A stretch of DNA of 64,000 nucleotides from Lama glama (GCA_028534125.1 CM052818.1:40178001-40242000), one strand, 5' to 3'. Shown: positions 12,568 through 25,799, counted from the stretch's first letter. Numbers and translations: made by a program. Notes: generated by a model not told the origin, from the sequence alone.

Positions 12568-13252
12568 ACAACATTTTCCACTTTAGATTTGGAGCTTATC
12601 ACACACTGACATTTTCTAACACTTCCTTTGGTCTACATTCTGGAGAACTTGAAAGCCAGGAATTTAAACGAAGCAAACATTATAATTTTCGCTGCCTTAT
12701 ATCTTCACTAGTTAATAAGGATATACTTCACCTCCCTAAGAAGACTTGGTGCCCTTAGAGGACAGAGAAGACATCCCCTCTGTCTCTTCTAATCTCTGTA
12801 TCTTCTAGAATAGGATGGAAGACACGGAATTTATTCAGTGGACACTCAGCAGCTCATATAACTGTGGAAATTTTGAGTGTCACACTCTAAGAGGCAGATT
12901 TCCTAAAACAAAACATTCAAGATTACTTTCAAGTAATTAAAAAGATATTTTACTAGAAACTTACTTTGTGGTAAAGAGCCCTTCCTGAGCTATCCTAGGT
13001 TATTTCTCTGAGATTTCATTCATCTACAGACATTTTAATATCTGAACTATATTGTCTCAAAATTAGATTACAAAGTCCCTTTAGCTATAGAATCCTTTGG
13101 TGGCAAATATTACCTGGACACTCCACTGTAAGGAGTACACCATGGTCCTTATATTTAAGGAAAAGCAATTGAGACTTCATATAGATGACTACTGCAATAT
13201 TTGGAGCAAAATAAAACTCAGTAAGTGATAATAAATTGCTAAGAACTGCAGG

Positions 13253-13752
13253 NNNNNNNNNNNNNNNNNNNNNNNNNNNNNNNNNNNNNNNNNNNNNNNN
13301 NNNNNNNNNNNNNNNNNNNNNNNNNNNNNNNNNNNNNNNNNNNNNNNNNNNNNNNNNNNNNNNNNNNNNNNNNNNNNNNNNNNNNNNNNNNNNNNNNNNN
13401 NNNNNNNNNNNNNNNNNNNNNNNNNNNNNNNNNNNNNNNNNNNNNNNNNNNNNNNNNNNNNNNNNNNNNNNNNNNNNNNNNNNNNNNNNNNNNNNNNNNN
13501 NNNNNNNNNNNNNNNNNNNNNNNNNNNNNNNNNNNNNNNNNNNNNNNNNNNNNNNNNNNNNNNNNNNNNNNNNNNNNNNNNNNNNNNNNNNNNNNNNNNN
13601 NNNNNNNNNNNNNNNNNNNNNNNNNNNNNNNNNNNNNNNNNNNNNNNNNNNNNNNNNNNNNNNNNNNNNNNNNNNNNNNNNNNNNNNNNNNNNNNNNNNN
13701 NNNNNNNNNNNNNNNNNNNNNNNNNNNNNNNNNNNNNNNNNNNNNNNNNNNN
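13253..13752. other. Assembly gap (exactly 500 N)
   Basis: Run of N; the round length indicates an arbitrary scaffolding spacer. Confidence 1.
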
Positions 13753-14450
13753 GGGACATATTGACTTTTAGATGCTTGTGGGATGTTCAACTGTTTCTAT
13801 CCATCAGACAGTTGAAAATATGGATCTCAAGTGTACAATGGAGAGATAGCCTGAAAATATAAATTTAGGAATCCTCAACATATGGGAAGTAATTAAGTCT
13901 TTGACAGTGGAACTGGTCATGTGAGAAATACAAGTTAGTGGATGGACAGAGGAAGAGATTCCCACAAAGAAGAATGAGGAGACTCAGAGAAAAATTGGGA
14001 GAATGTCATGTCACAGAATCCAAGGAAAAAGATATTTTAAGAATGGGAACAGTTTCATTGAGATGATGAGAAAGGAGGTAGTTGGAGGGGAATCTGGTAA
14101 AAAAGGACATTTTCAAAAGACAGGGAAACATCACTAATCAAGTCGGATTTGAAGAACTAGTTGAGGAAAGTCAACAGAAACGTTTGGCAGAGGTAAGAGC
14201 TAAGATGGGGTGATGCATGTTTAGTAAGGGAACTAGTGCATTGTCTGATGTGCTTTAAAAATAGCATTCTTACAAGAATGTTGGAGAGACTAAATTGGTG
14301 CAGATCATTCTAATCTTTGAAAATGGCAGACAGACAATTGGACATTGTCCTCTGAGACACTTGGGAGCCACTGAAAGGCTTTAGGCAAGTGTCAAGTTTA
14401 GAACTAATTAAAAAAAAATATCCTAGGCATTGAATGAACAATGAATTGAG
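13753..14450 (-). mobile_element. L2 LINE fragments
   Basis: GGACATATTGACTTTTAGATGCTTGTGGGATGTTCAA...CAGACAGTTGAAAATATGGATCT...ATAAATTTAGGAATCCTCAACATA; later TGGGAGCCACTGAAAGGCTTTAGGCA. Confidence 0.8.
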
Positions 14451-15869
14451 AATAATTACCATTAATCAATAAGTGGTAAGAACTAATAGCAATATTCTTT
14501 CTCAGTATTAAGCACTGAACAACGTCAATATATCAACCTTCCATGTGCAATATGTTATAACTTGATAGTGCTGTGGTCTCATACCTGTGGCTTTACAAAG
14601 TACCTATTTATATGGTAAGGAAATGCTAAGGGAGTTTTGCTCCAATTGTTTGATGAATGACTTTAAAGCAAGACTACTGAATTCCTAATAAATAGCAAGA
14701 CCTTCTATAACCAAATGAAAGTAGAAAGTCATTCCCTTCAGATTTTCTCTCTCCCTCTTCTTTTCCTTTTTTTCAAACTTGCACTTTCTGCTGAGAATGA
14801 TTATTATTTGGCAATGATTTTTATCATATCCACTAGCCTGGAATCTGGGTGACTCACACTGATTCTAGAAGTCAATTTAAAGTACCAAGTTGGAAATAAT
14901 ACCTTTCTCAAAAACATTAAAAAAAATTTGAAATCATATCTAAAAAGACATTTCAAAAATATTTGGTACAACAGGAGCTTAGTTTGAAGATTTGCCAACT
15001 GTACATTGTTCCACAGTTACATCTCTCACTTGCCTAGAAAGGAAAAAGTGTGCGAGGCATGGTTCCCCTCACATGACTTAAGTTCCTAAACTAGCTAGAG
15101 TCCTATTAACCAATTAACACAGCTGGGTGCCACTTAACAGCCTACACTCTTACTCAGGACCTACATCCTCTATTTGACCTTAGAACAACTACCGTCCTCC
15201 ATCAAATGCTTGATTCCAACAATTCAGGCATGGGGACACCGATAAGGGAAAAGAAGGGTTTTCATTTCTGAAAGCTAGACGCCTGAGTCAATTTGTCCCA
15301 ATTGTATCTGCACAAGGCCTATTATATGGACTGTGATTTCCAGGGATGAAAGCTGTGAACTCCCAGGTCACTTGTAAACTGATCACTCCCCAGTCTTTCC
15401 TCCTCCTGCTTTTAAGTGGTTTGAGGCTGGTAAATTGAAACCTGAAGAAACACAGAGCTCTGATCCCTGAGACCTCCAGAGCAAACCTGGACTTTGGCTG
15501 ATTTGCTGTAGGAAGTAACTGCTTACTTACCCCATAATTAACACCACAAGCAGATCTTTGGAAGATAAAGTACAGAAGGTCAGACATAAGATCACTTTGA
15601 GAAGGATTTCACTAAAGCACTACTTTTAGTAGCTCTTGTGGCTACTTTACTCGTGAAACAATTGGGTGTAATTTCTAAAAATATTACTGTTCATAGACAT
15701 GGAGGAAAGAGTGAATTACACATCACTGAAGACAATCTCGGTGAGCTCCTCTTTGATTAATGAAACTACAGCACATGCCAACTTGATCATGTACTGAGAT
15801 GTAAAACATGCAGTTTGTTCAGTGGCAAGTTAACTTAAACAATTTAAACTACATTTTACTACATGCAAA

Positions 15870-16250
15870 ATGAGTTTTCTTCTCCGGTTAGAAGTATTCA
15901 CTGGTTTACTATCCTCCATCTAATAAAGTTCCCCTTTGAGCTTACAGGTCTTATCGACCTGGCTTCTTGATTATCTTTTGCAGCTGCCTTACTCTCAGCC
16001 TCATTCCATCCTCTCAGCCATGTTCACGTCCAATAAATGCAGTGAGTTTCAGGTTTTCGTACTTCTGCACAGACTGTTCCTTCATTTGGAATGTCCTTAC
16101 TTCTTTGTCTATGAGGCAAATAACTCCTCATCCTCAGTATTCCAGCTTAGGAATCACTGCCCTGCAAAGCCTTTCCTGGCTGTATCTGCAACATCGTCCT
16201 TCTCTGTGAGTGTACCGCAGGTTACATCTATTACATTACTATAATGGAAA
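15870..16250 (+). mobile_element. L2 fragment
   Basis: CTGCACAGACTGTTCCTTCATTTGGAATGTCCTT...AACTCCTCATCC...CAGCTTAGGAATCACT...AAGCCTTTCCTG. Confidence 0.7.
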
Positions 16251-16699
16251 ATACCAGACACTCCTGTAATCTGTTCATTCATGGATATCAAATTACAGGA
16301 ATTGAGTGAAGAGATATGCCATTAGAAGAAACAGTTTTCTAGTATTTTTGCTCCCAAATAATGTATAATCAAGGTCTATTTTCACCCATGTCAATCTACA
16401 TCTTGGAATCAATAAAGTTGGAGGCAGATAAGTTTTTATTTTCCCCAATGGAGTAAAGACCACTAAGGTTTAACCCAACCGAAATGAAGTAACTATTCAT
16501 AACTATTCTACTGGTTCCAGGGAAGCTCAAGAGTGAGATTTCTCAGACCATATACATCAAGAATATTCAAGAATCACCTGTGGCATGTATGTGGTCTTGA
16601 TCCCAGGTCAACAGCATCACTCTCATATATAAATGTTCACTCCTTTTCACTCACTGCTTCTACCTTTGGATATCTATAATAATCCTCCAAATTTGACAT

Positions 16700-17110
16700 A
16701 ACTTTAAATCCAATAATATTCTTTATAACTGTATACATAATATTAAAAAGTAGAAAATAAGCTAAATATCCAAAAATCAGGACATTGCTAGATTCATGTG
16801 TATAGTATAGAAGCATGGTGAAATATTATAAATCCATCAAAATTGCTAATAAGGATATAGACTATGGAAATAGACATAAGTGTTAGGTTAGAAAAAGAAG
16901 AATAAAAACTATTGAAGAGCCACATTAACATGGAGAGAAAAAAATAAATGGAAACCTACACTAAAAATAAATGTGTTGTATAATTTTAATAAGACCATGC
17001 ATGGCTTTTTAAATCTTCTAATTTTCAATATTTTCTAAATTTGTGTAATGAATATGTGTTAATTCAACCAGAAAAATTGTCAATGTGTTTTAAAGAGCAA
17101 CATTTAAAAA
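16700..17110 (+). mobile_element. Old L1ME-type 3' end fragment
   Basis: AAAAGTAGAAAATAAGCTAAATATCCAAAAAT...ATGGTGAAATATTAT...ATGGAAA...TGTTAGGTTAGAAAAAG pattern. Confidence 0.55.
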
Positions 17111-18074
17111 ATAAATATGTAATTCAACAAATTAACACTTATAAACCATATTAAAACCATACTAGTCAAATTTGAAAAGCATTCTATTTATGCAATAAAC
17201 TAAAAAAATCAGGAAATCTAAATGAAATTTCATTAAATTAATAAACAAACATGGTAAAGTTCAAATGGACTACAGGAAACATTTTAAAACAAGACTCAGA
17301 ATGTGTTCCTTAATGTAGAATGTAAATGCATTTGTAACCAATAACCCATGTTTCATGTTTTAAAAAATCCATGATGTATATATTTATACTATAAATAGAA
17401 AGCACTTTCAAAGAATTGAACAGGGATTTAGATAATCAAAAGTGCATGCAAGGCACTGTCTAGTGATGTGACTTTGAACAAGTTCTTTCCTCTTTGCCAA
17501 CTCAAAATCAGCAAAGTCAAGGCGTTACAAAAGATATTAGCTAAGTTTCCATCTTGCTTCAAAATGCTAGTTTTCTAAGGGCTGTCATGCAGCAGATGCG
17601 GGTGGGGGAATAAAAGAGGTTTTAGGGATATGTCCAGGAAAAAAAGTAGCTTCCTAACAGGTAAAAATCTTCAAAAGGGAAGGATCTGAAAAACAGAGAA
17701 AAATTAGAGGTATGGGGTAGGGAGAGGAAGCAGGAAAGGAGGGAGAGAGAGAGAGAGAGAGAGACATCAAAGAGAGACTATTTTATGGGAGGAAAGCATT
17801 AACAAAGTACCTTTCAGGGATATTCCAGGGTGGAAAGCAGAAAGTAGGTACATGAGATAGAAGTCCATGTGGCAAAGTAAAGTGCCACAAAGTTCTGCCC
17901 ATTCCTACTCTGTGGCAGCTCAGAAAATGGCATCTCATCTTCTGTTAACTACATCAGACCTGGAGGCCATGCTATTACCCATGGAATAAAAATAAAACAG
18001 GGACCCTAAGTTATTAATATGTCCAGGATTAATAACAGGTCATTCAGTAAAGATAAGAGATGATATTTGAACCA

Positions 18075-18905
18075 TATTTGATTCATATCTCCAGGTGCAC
18101 ATCTCCCCTGGACGATCCAAAGGAACCTCAACTTCAGTATTACCAAAGTAGAACTCACCTTCATGCCCCACACCTGCTGCAAGGACTGATGCCTCCTTAT
18201 TCCTGGGGTCTAAAGTCAGATGTCTGGGTATCATTCCAGATGCTACTTCTAACTTACACCAAAGTCTCCTGAATGTCCAATGTAGTATGTACAATGTAGT
18301 GTACCCTAAATGTCTTTGGAATCAGTTTCTTACCAGCACCCCCTCAAGCCTGGTTCCTACCAGCAGATTTCTAACTTGTGTTTCCTCCAATGTCACCTTC
18401 TGAATTCTACCCACCCCACAGGTAACTTTCTAAAATGGAACCCCACAATATAATCTCATAACTCTAACCCCTTGACTAATTATTGTTCATTATGTTTCTT
18501 CTAAAATAAACCCAAACTCATTCGAATGGCATAAAAAGTTGATCAGAATCTGGCCTCCCCTGCTTTCTCTGACCTCTGCATTATATTAAGTCACCCAAGG
18601 CCTTCCCCACACGGGGGCTCTGCACACACTCTCCCCTTCATTCCTCAACATCTGTCTCAGAAGCCACTTTCTTTGGGAAACTTTTCTTATCGCCCTCGCA
18701 GAATGTTTCCTTCCTCCTGCCCACATAAGTCTTAGTGTACCTCTCTAGCACAAATCACACTGTGTTGTGATTTCTGTGTTCATATTTGTTCTCTCACTGA
18801 CAAGTGAATCTTTGAAAGGATCTGAGTTGCAGAAGTCTTTGTATCACCTGCATTTGTTCATCTTGTACATAATCAGTAAATGCTTGCTATATGAATTAAA
18901 TTAAT
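18075..18905 (+). mobile_element. L2 LINE 3' region
   Basis: CATCTCCCCTGGACG...CCTCAACTTCAG...GAACTCACCTTC; ATAAACCCAAACTCATT; ends CAGTAAATGCTTGCTATATGAATTAA. Confidence 0.75.
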
Positions 18906-19369
18906 AAAATCCTTCAAGGATACATAGGCACAAATGTAGCAATTAGAGATGAGTGAGTAATAGGTACCATTTCAACAGTTACATTTTAATCTAAAAACAA
19001 AATTTAATGCACCAAATAAACCGTCCCATTTCCTGGGTCAAGTTTAATTATTTGTATTACACAAGAAAAGTATAATATCTGAAATCATTTGATGGTATCT
19101 GGAAAAATGTACACGTGGTGCCTTGAAGAAATATACCAGCCTTTGGGTCACTGGGCATGTAAAGTCACTCTTAAGAAACCGGTATTAAAATAATTGAAAA
19201 CAATAGATGAACTTTGAACTTTTAACCTAGATTGCTTTAATCAAGAATTGAACAAAAGGGAAATAAAATAAATATAGTGAAATACCTGTAGGTGTTTACT
19301 TTGATTCTATTCTCTTTTCTTTATGGTTTTAGCCATTATCTCTATATAAGAAATACTGAGTATAAATAT

Positions 19370-20585
19370 GATCTTCTATTACAAGTTCCAGAATATTCTT
19401 TTCAGTCTCCTGGAAATCTCTACCTGGCTCTTGTATAGGAAATTCAAACTCAGCATTACTATACTGTACCCGTTATTTCAATAATCTCTGTCAACTAACT
19501 CCATTTATCCCCCCTTATCTCAGTGAATAGCACCACTGCTTATCCGGTCACTCAAAGTATGGTAACTTTCCATTTTATTGTTTCTATCCACCTCATTTCA
19601 TTCCTAACAGGTAATCAATTGTAGAATTCTTTGTCAGTATCTAACCTGCGTATCACAGTGGTCTCAGCTCTCCTTGCATTGCCATCACCCTAGTTGAGCC
19701 CCCAGTTACCTTTCATCACCTGGATTACTTTGAGAACATATTGTAAGTTTTGCTGCTTATTTCCCATCTCTCCACCTCTGCCTTCCATACCCTGCATACC
19801 GTTCTTTGTACTGACTGGTGTCAGAGCCCAAAATCTGGTACAACACTTTCCAATAGAAATTTTGGCATGAATAGAAATGTTGTGTACTACCCAATATGGT
19901 AGATCCTAGCCACACAAGGATACCGAGCACTTAGAATATGGCTAGTGCAACTAGGGGGCTGATTTTTTTATTTAATTAATTTAATCTTAAATAATTACAC
20001 ATGGCTAGGAACTACCATATTGAACAGTGCAGACCTAGATCTGCCAATTCAGTCCTTCTTACAGAAACATTCAGTAACTCAGTTGTATCCTAATGGTGAA
20101 AACGAAATAAACTGAAAAGTCGTCAACTTGCCACTTGAGAGTCTTCAGGATCTGGTTCAACCTGAATGCCCATTCATATATCCCACTCCACCTTATCATG
20201 ACCCCTATGATACAAACATATTGGAATGCCCATAATTTTTTAAAAGTCCCTTAGATTTTCCCTTTTGGAATTTTGTTCAATCTGTTTTCCTTAGAGCTCC
20301 AGCTTGGTACATCCATCTTCTAAAAGCCTGTCTATGTTTCAAGGATCAGGAGTCTTGAATATTCCATTTCTCAAATGAGTACCTGCCCAGAGTCCCTCAG
20401 TTGAGGGATTTCACAGACCCACAAAACACTGGGCCAGAGATACAGTTTGACTTATATTTGTGCTTTTTTTTAATCTCTTATTAGAATCTTCTCCACTGGA
20501 ATCTAAGTTTCTTTCTGATTCAAGTTTGTAAATCCATGACATCCTCCATGGTGTCTAGTTTTAATAAACATTTATTAAATGAAAT
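19370..20585 (+). mobile_element. L2 LINE 3' region interrupted by MER3
   Basis: ATCTCTACCTGGCTC...TCAAACTCAGCAT, ATCTCAGTGAATAGCACCAC and CACCTGGATTACT; ends AATAAACATTTATTAAATGAA. Confidence 0.7.
19841..20032 (+). mobile_element. MER3 (hAT-Charlie MITE), nested in L2
   Basis: CAACACTTTCCAATAGAAATTT...CCAATATGGTAG..CTAGCCACA...GAGCACTTAGAATATGGCTAGTGCAACT...ATGGCTAG..ACTACCATATTGAACAGTGCAG; internal inverted-repeat structure. Confidence 0.9.
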
Positions 20586-21099
20586 ATTATGACTTTGTAG
20601 AACAGAGACCTATCTTTTCTAGAAATCTTTAGCCCTTGGCCTTTAGAACAATTGGGCCCCATCATGAAGTTTGCTTTAGACAACTAAAACTGGGTGTATT
20701 CACACTGTAACTATAAATACGACATTAATGAGCAAGCACTTCAGATACATTTCATATTAAGAACCACAAAATGATCAAAGTTCATGATCCTTCTACATTT
20801 ACAATTTAACTAGAAATTTATCTATCAGGACCATGCTTGCTCCTCTGAAGAGGTTCCCAAAAGCTGGAATTGAATACACAAAATAATTTACCCCATAAAA
20901 TTCACTAAATATGCACTGTATGATCTGCCCTGGGCCAAGTGCTAAAAGTTAGTAAAAAAAAAAAAAAGCATAAGAAATACTTTCTATTTCAGGTGCTTAA
21001 AACTGATCTGGGTACAAATGGCCTCTACGTAACAGAGTCAAGAGTGGCACAGAACAGTCTACTAGAAGGGTCCTGTTGCTTCAGTGAATGGGATATGGT

Positions 21100-21450
21100 T
21101 TTAGCTATACTGGTCTGTGAATATCTGCAAAGAGCTATGAAGGATAAGTTTGGCCACTTTGGACAAAAAGAGAGGCATGAACAAAGACTAGAATGTACAA
21201 AAAAATAACAGATGATAAGTGAACTAACCTAAATGAATCTGTATGAAAGGAAGGTGGAATATTGTAGATAAATAAGGAAAAGATGCAGAGGCCGGCTTGT
21301 GAGGAGCCTTCCAGAATAAATAACTTGGATTTCAGGAGTGGGGAACCTTTGGCAGCATTTGAGTAGGAGAGAGATGGAAGTAAAATAAAAAGCACATGAA
21401 AGTGATTTTTCCCATTTAGCTTTAACTTAAAATGAGTTCTATCAGCTCTT
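21100..21450 (-). mobile_element. L2 fragment
   Basis: GGCATGAACAAAGACTAGA...GGAGTGGGGAACCTTTGGCAGCATTTGAGTAGGAGAG. Confidence 0.5.
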
Positions 21451-21504
21451 CCAGAGTGACTGGAGAAGGAGATCAGAATAAGGAGATCATCAGACCCTGC
21501 CTCC

Positions 21505-24330
21505 ATCAAAATGACATAACTGGTAAAAAGGCTTTTTAAGAAATCATGTCAAGTCTCTAGAAATTTTTCAAAGGGCACACAGGAAATAAAGAAACATTCA
21601 TTTAAGAAAATCTACCAAAATTTAGCAAGATACTGAGAGTCTGTGGCATTTAGCCACAGTCTACACAATTCCTCCCCTCTGCCCCTATAACTTGATGTTA
21701 TGAAAGCCTCCAGCTACCAGTCTGGGCTAAGGTTTATCCCAGGCGGAATAAGATGCTGGCATTTCTTATCCCTCCAGACTCACACTGCAGAAGTTCTATT
21801 CCAGCCAGTGGACACCCAGTGGACAGGGTCATGTCTTTCTTCCTTTAGCCAGCCCCCTGACTCATAGAGCAGAATCTCTACCCTAGTGGTCAAGAATACT
21901 GGGGTCTTAATTGCCCCATCTCAGCTCACTCATATGGAAGATGTTTCACATCAAGAAGAATCCAGAAGATGAGGGGCTGACTATCTGCTGCACTCCTACA
22001 TGCTTACTCACAGAGCATGAATGCTCTAAGAGAAAAGGCCCCGCCCCTACCTTCAGTAGAGTGAATATCCTCAGGCAGCTATGGAATTTCCCTCCTGGTC
22101 TGCTTCCCTTCTGGGTAGAAGCACCTCTACACCAAAGGTGCTAATAAAAATATTAGCACATCCTAATAAAAATATTGAAATCCAAAATAAGAAAAAAAAA
22201 TCTAAAAGCAGGAAGAGAAAAATGACTCATCACACAAAATGAACCACAATAAATTAACAGCTGATACCTCATCACAAACAAGGTGGCCGGAACACAGTGC
22301 GATGACATACTAAAACAGCTGGAAGCTAAAATATCAACCAAGAATCTTATATTCTGCAAAGCTGTCTTTAAAAATGAAGGCAAAACAAAGTTGTTCCCAG
22401 GTAAACAAAAATTGAAAGAATTTGTTATTAGTAGAACTTTTATGCATGGAATACTAAAAATTCTTCTGGCTGAAAGCAAGTAACACCAGGCAGTAATTCA
22501 AATCTACATGAAAAAGCAAAGGAGCACTGGCAATGATAATTATGTAGGTAATTGGAAAAGAGAGTATAATGACAAATTTCTTCTTTCTTCTTTTGACTGA
22601 TTTAAAAAGCAATTATGTAAAACAAGTATATGCATTGCTGCCCATCTTGCATCTTTAGGGTCATAATATACAGAAATGTAACAAATACCTGACAATAACA
22701 AAGGTGTACTGAAGTAAGGAAATGATGCCAGATGCTAACTCAGACCCTCGGGATAAACTGAGAAGAACCAGAAAGGGTAAGTAAGATGATCAATATAACA
22801 AACTCTGTAAATATATACTTGCCATACTTTTTTTCTCTCAGGTGATTAAAATATATAATGTATAATCATTATAAAAAAGTATTACTGGATTTGTAGTATA
22901 TATATTGACATAATATATAATACTTTAAAAAGATGGAGAGGAAATGGTGTTACATAGGAGTTAAGTTTCCATATTTCACTAGATCTAACTGTATAAACCT
23001 GAAATGGATTCTGATAAGTTAAGATGTGCATTGTAAACTCTAGAGCAACCACTAAAGAAATAACTCAGAAAGATAATTAAAAATCACTAAAGGAAATAAG
23101 ATGGTACACTAAGAAATATTAACCTACTAAAAATGAAGGCAATGAAAGAGGGAGCGAGAAACAACAACAAAAGACATGAAACGCATACGGAAAAATAAAG
23201 CAAATTGGTACATGTTAATCCAATCATATCAATAATCTGGACCTTTACCTCAAATCATATAAAAATAGCTCAACAAGGATTATAGACATTCATGTCAGAG
23301 CCATAATGATAAAACTCATAATAAGTCATAGAAATAACTGTGTAACCTTGGATTAGGCAATGGTTTCTTAAACATGTCATCAAAGCATAAGCAACAAAGA
23401 AAAAAAAGAGACAAACTGGCAAGTAGATTAAATAGATAAACAGACAAAATTGACAAACAGACAAAATTTAAACAGATGAATGTAAAACTTTTTTGATGCA
23501 GACTACCACCCAGAACATGAAAAGACAAGTTACAGTATGGGAGAAAATATTTGCAGATCTTTTATGTGAAAATTTTTTGTATCCAGATTATATAAAGAAC
23601 ACTTTAATTCAATGATATGAAGACAAATAATCCAATTTTTTAAATGGACAAAGGATCTGAGTAGACATTTCAACAGTGAAGACATACAAGTGACCAAAAA
23701 GCTCTTGAAAGGGTTCTCTATCTCACCAGTTACTAGAAAAATGCAAATAAGCACTACAAGGTGAGATGCTACTTCCCACCCACTAGGATGTAAAGTCAGA
23801 TAATAACAAGTGTTGGAGATGATGAGGAAAAATCAAGAGTCATCGTATACTGCAGATTGGAAGGTAAAATGTTGCGACCACTTCTAAACAGTTTGGGAGT
23901 CCCTCAAAGGGTTGAACATAGATTTATCATATGACCCAGCAATTCTACTCCAAGGAATATAACCAAGACAAATGAAAACATACATCCACACAAGAGCTTG
24001 TGAAAAAATGTTTATAGCAGCATTATTCATAATAGCCAAAGAGTAGAAATAACCCATATGTTCATCAATTGGTAAATTGATAACTAAAATTTTATTTAAC
24101 CATACTATAGAATATTAATTGGTCATAAAATGAAATGAAGTGTCAATACATGCTACAATATGGATGAACCTTGAAAACTTTAAGCTGCATGAGAGAAGCC
24201 AGTCACAAAAGATCATATTTGAATGATATCATTTACATGACATGCTTAGAATAGGAAAATTTATACAGACAAAAAGTAGATTAGCAGTTTTCCAAGGCCT
24301 GGAGGAGGTAAGGGGGTAGGGTGGGAAAGT
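21505..24330 (+). mobile_element. Old L1M (L1MB/L1M4-like), internally deleted: 5' region, ORF1 C-terminus, inter-ORF spacer, ORF2 C-terminus and 3' UTR
   Basis: ORF 22283-22483 FKNEGKTKLFPGKQKLKEFVISR matches the L1 ORF1p C-terminal domain. 23235-24200 is the ORF2 3' part (GACCCAGCAATTCTACTCC, ATGTTTATAGCAGCATTATTCATAATAGCCAAA, ATGGATGAACCTTGAAAA). Confidence 0.9.
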
Positions 24331-24615
24331 AATGATATTGAGCATTTTTTATGTGCTTACTGACATTTGTATGTCTTCTTTGGAAAAATGTCTATTTGGG
24401 TCCTTTGTCCACTTTTATCTGGGTAGTCGTTTTATTATTGAGTTATAAGTGTTCTTTATATATTCTAGATACATTTCATCAGATTTGTGATTTGCAAATT
24501 TCTGTGGAAGTTTTTTCACTTTCTTGATGGTGTTCTTTAAAACACAGAAGTTTTTAACTTTTATGAAGCCCAGTTTATCTGTTTATCTTTTGTTGTTTGT
24601 GTTTTTGGTGTCATG
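24331..24615 (-). mobile_element. L1 ORF2 3' fragment, inverted relative to the adjacent L1
   Basis: AATGATATTGAGCATTTTTTATGTGCTTA...ATGTCTTCTTTGGAAAAATGTCTATT...TTTTGGTGTCAT is antisense L1 ORF2. Confidence 0.9.
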
Positions 24616-25799
24616 AACCTATTCTTTTTAAAAGGAAAACTGAGAGTCTAATTCTGGTGTTTCCTTCCTGTTTACAGAGACAATACTCAACTACCAGTCT
24701 GACTCAAATTGCACCGTAACAGTGACAGTGGTGTGAGAAGAGTACATTGTTATCTTTGTAGAGCTGTAATAGGCATCTTGTCAGTAGATAATGATTTAGT
24801 GAATACCTCTCAGGTGCTGGCAGAAACCAGAGAAATCTTGGTAGCACAGGACAAAGAAAAGTTTTGCCCCAATGACATATAAGATATGTGAATTTCACTT
24901 AGAGATTTATGATTCTGTCACTTTCATGACATGTTAGGAGCAAATAAATTCATTTGCCTACATAAGAGGGGTCTCCCCCCTTTTTTTTTTCTAGAACAAG
25001 TGCCCAGATGGACAGAGTAAGATAGACACGGCTTCCCCTCTGATGAAAGTCAAGAGTCACAGTCCCCTTTGCCCTTCAGTCCTCCATCCTTAAGAGCCAA
25101 GCGTAAGCTATCCAGATTGGAGCAAAAATCAGATGTTTAGTTTATTTGACAAGGAAGTACTTATACAGTGTCTTCACAATTTCAAATAAGGAGAGCATCT
25201 CTTGTCTGAGCATGTGGAGAGTGGGAGGCAGGGATGGTGAAAATGGGCCTTTACCACTCTGTCTGGGTTTTTTTCTGTTCCCACCCAGGCTATCCTAAAC
25301 CTGTTAAGTTAGAAGGAGTCAGGCTAGAAATGTAAACACCACTCTTACATCAAGGATGTTCCAGGAAAAAAGACAATGAACATTTTAGCCTGCTTAGCTA
25401 CGTGGAAGTGGTTAAGTTCCAACCTCACTGGGGTCCCCGGTGTCTCCAAGCTGCCTCAGGTGTGAAGCTGTTGATGAACTTGGTGGATATTACTGATATT
25501 CTCATCTCCAAGTCAGTGACTGTTCTCTTAATAGCACCACAGGAGGCCTGAATTTTCCAAGAACTGAGACTCCTACGAAAATCAAAGATGGCCCCAGGGG
25601 AACAATTTTCTATGCAATAAGAAATCATAAAATGTGCATCACTCTTCCCTGTTGATGTGAATATTTGGTAACTAGATAGGATCCAATAGTTGAAGCTCGT
25701 GTGTAATATATACATTCATAAAGGTTGATTAAGAATAAATCACAGAGTATGGTAAAGTTGAAGTATAAAACAAATGTCTGCACTACGTGAGATTTTTTT

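Noticed and set aside
13085..13862. 183-224 aa ORFs in the ORF track
   Set aside because: Artefacts of translating through the 500-N gap
25425..25572. Minus-strand exon candidate after tttgattttcgtAG
   Set aside because: One frame is open for ~48 codons, but the peptide is unrecognised and the donor is unconvincing
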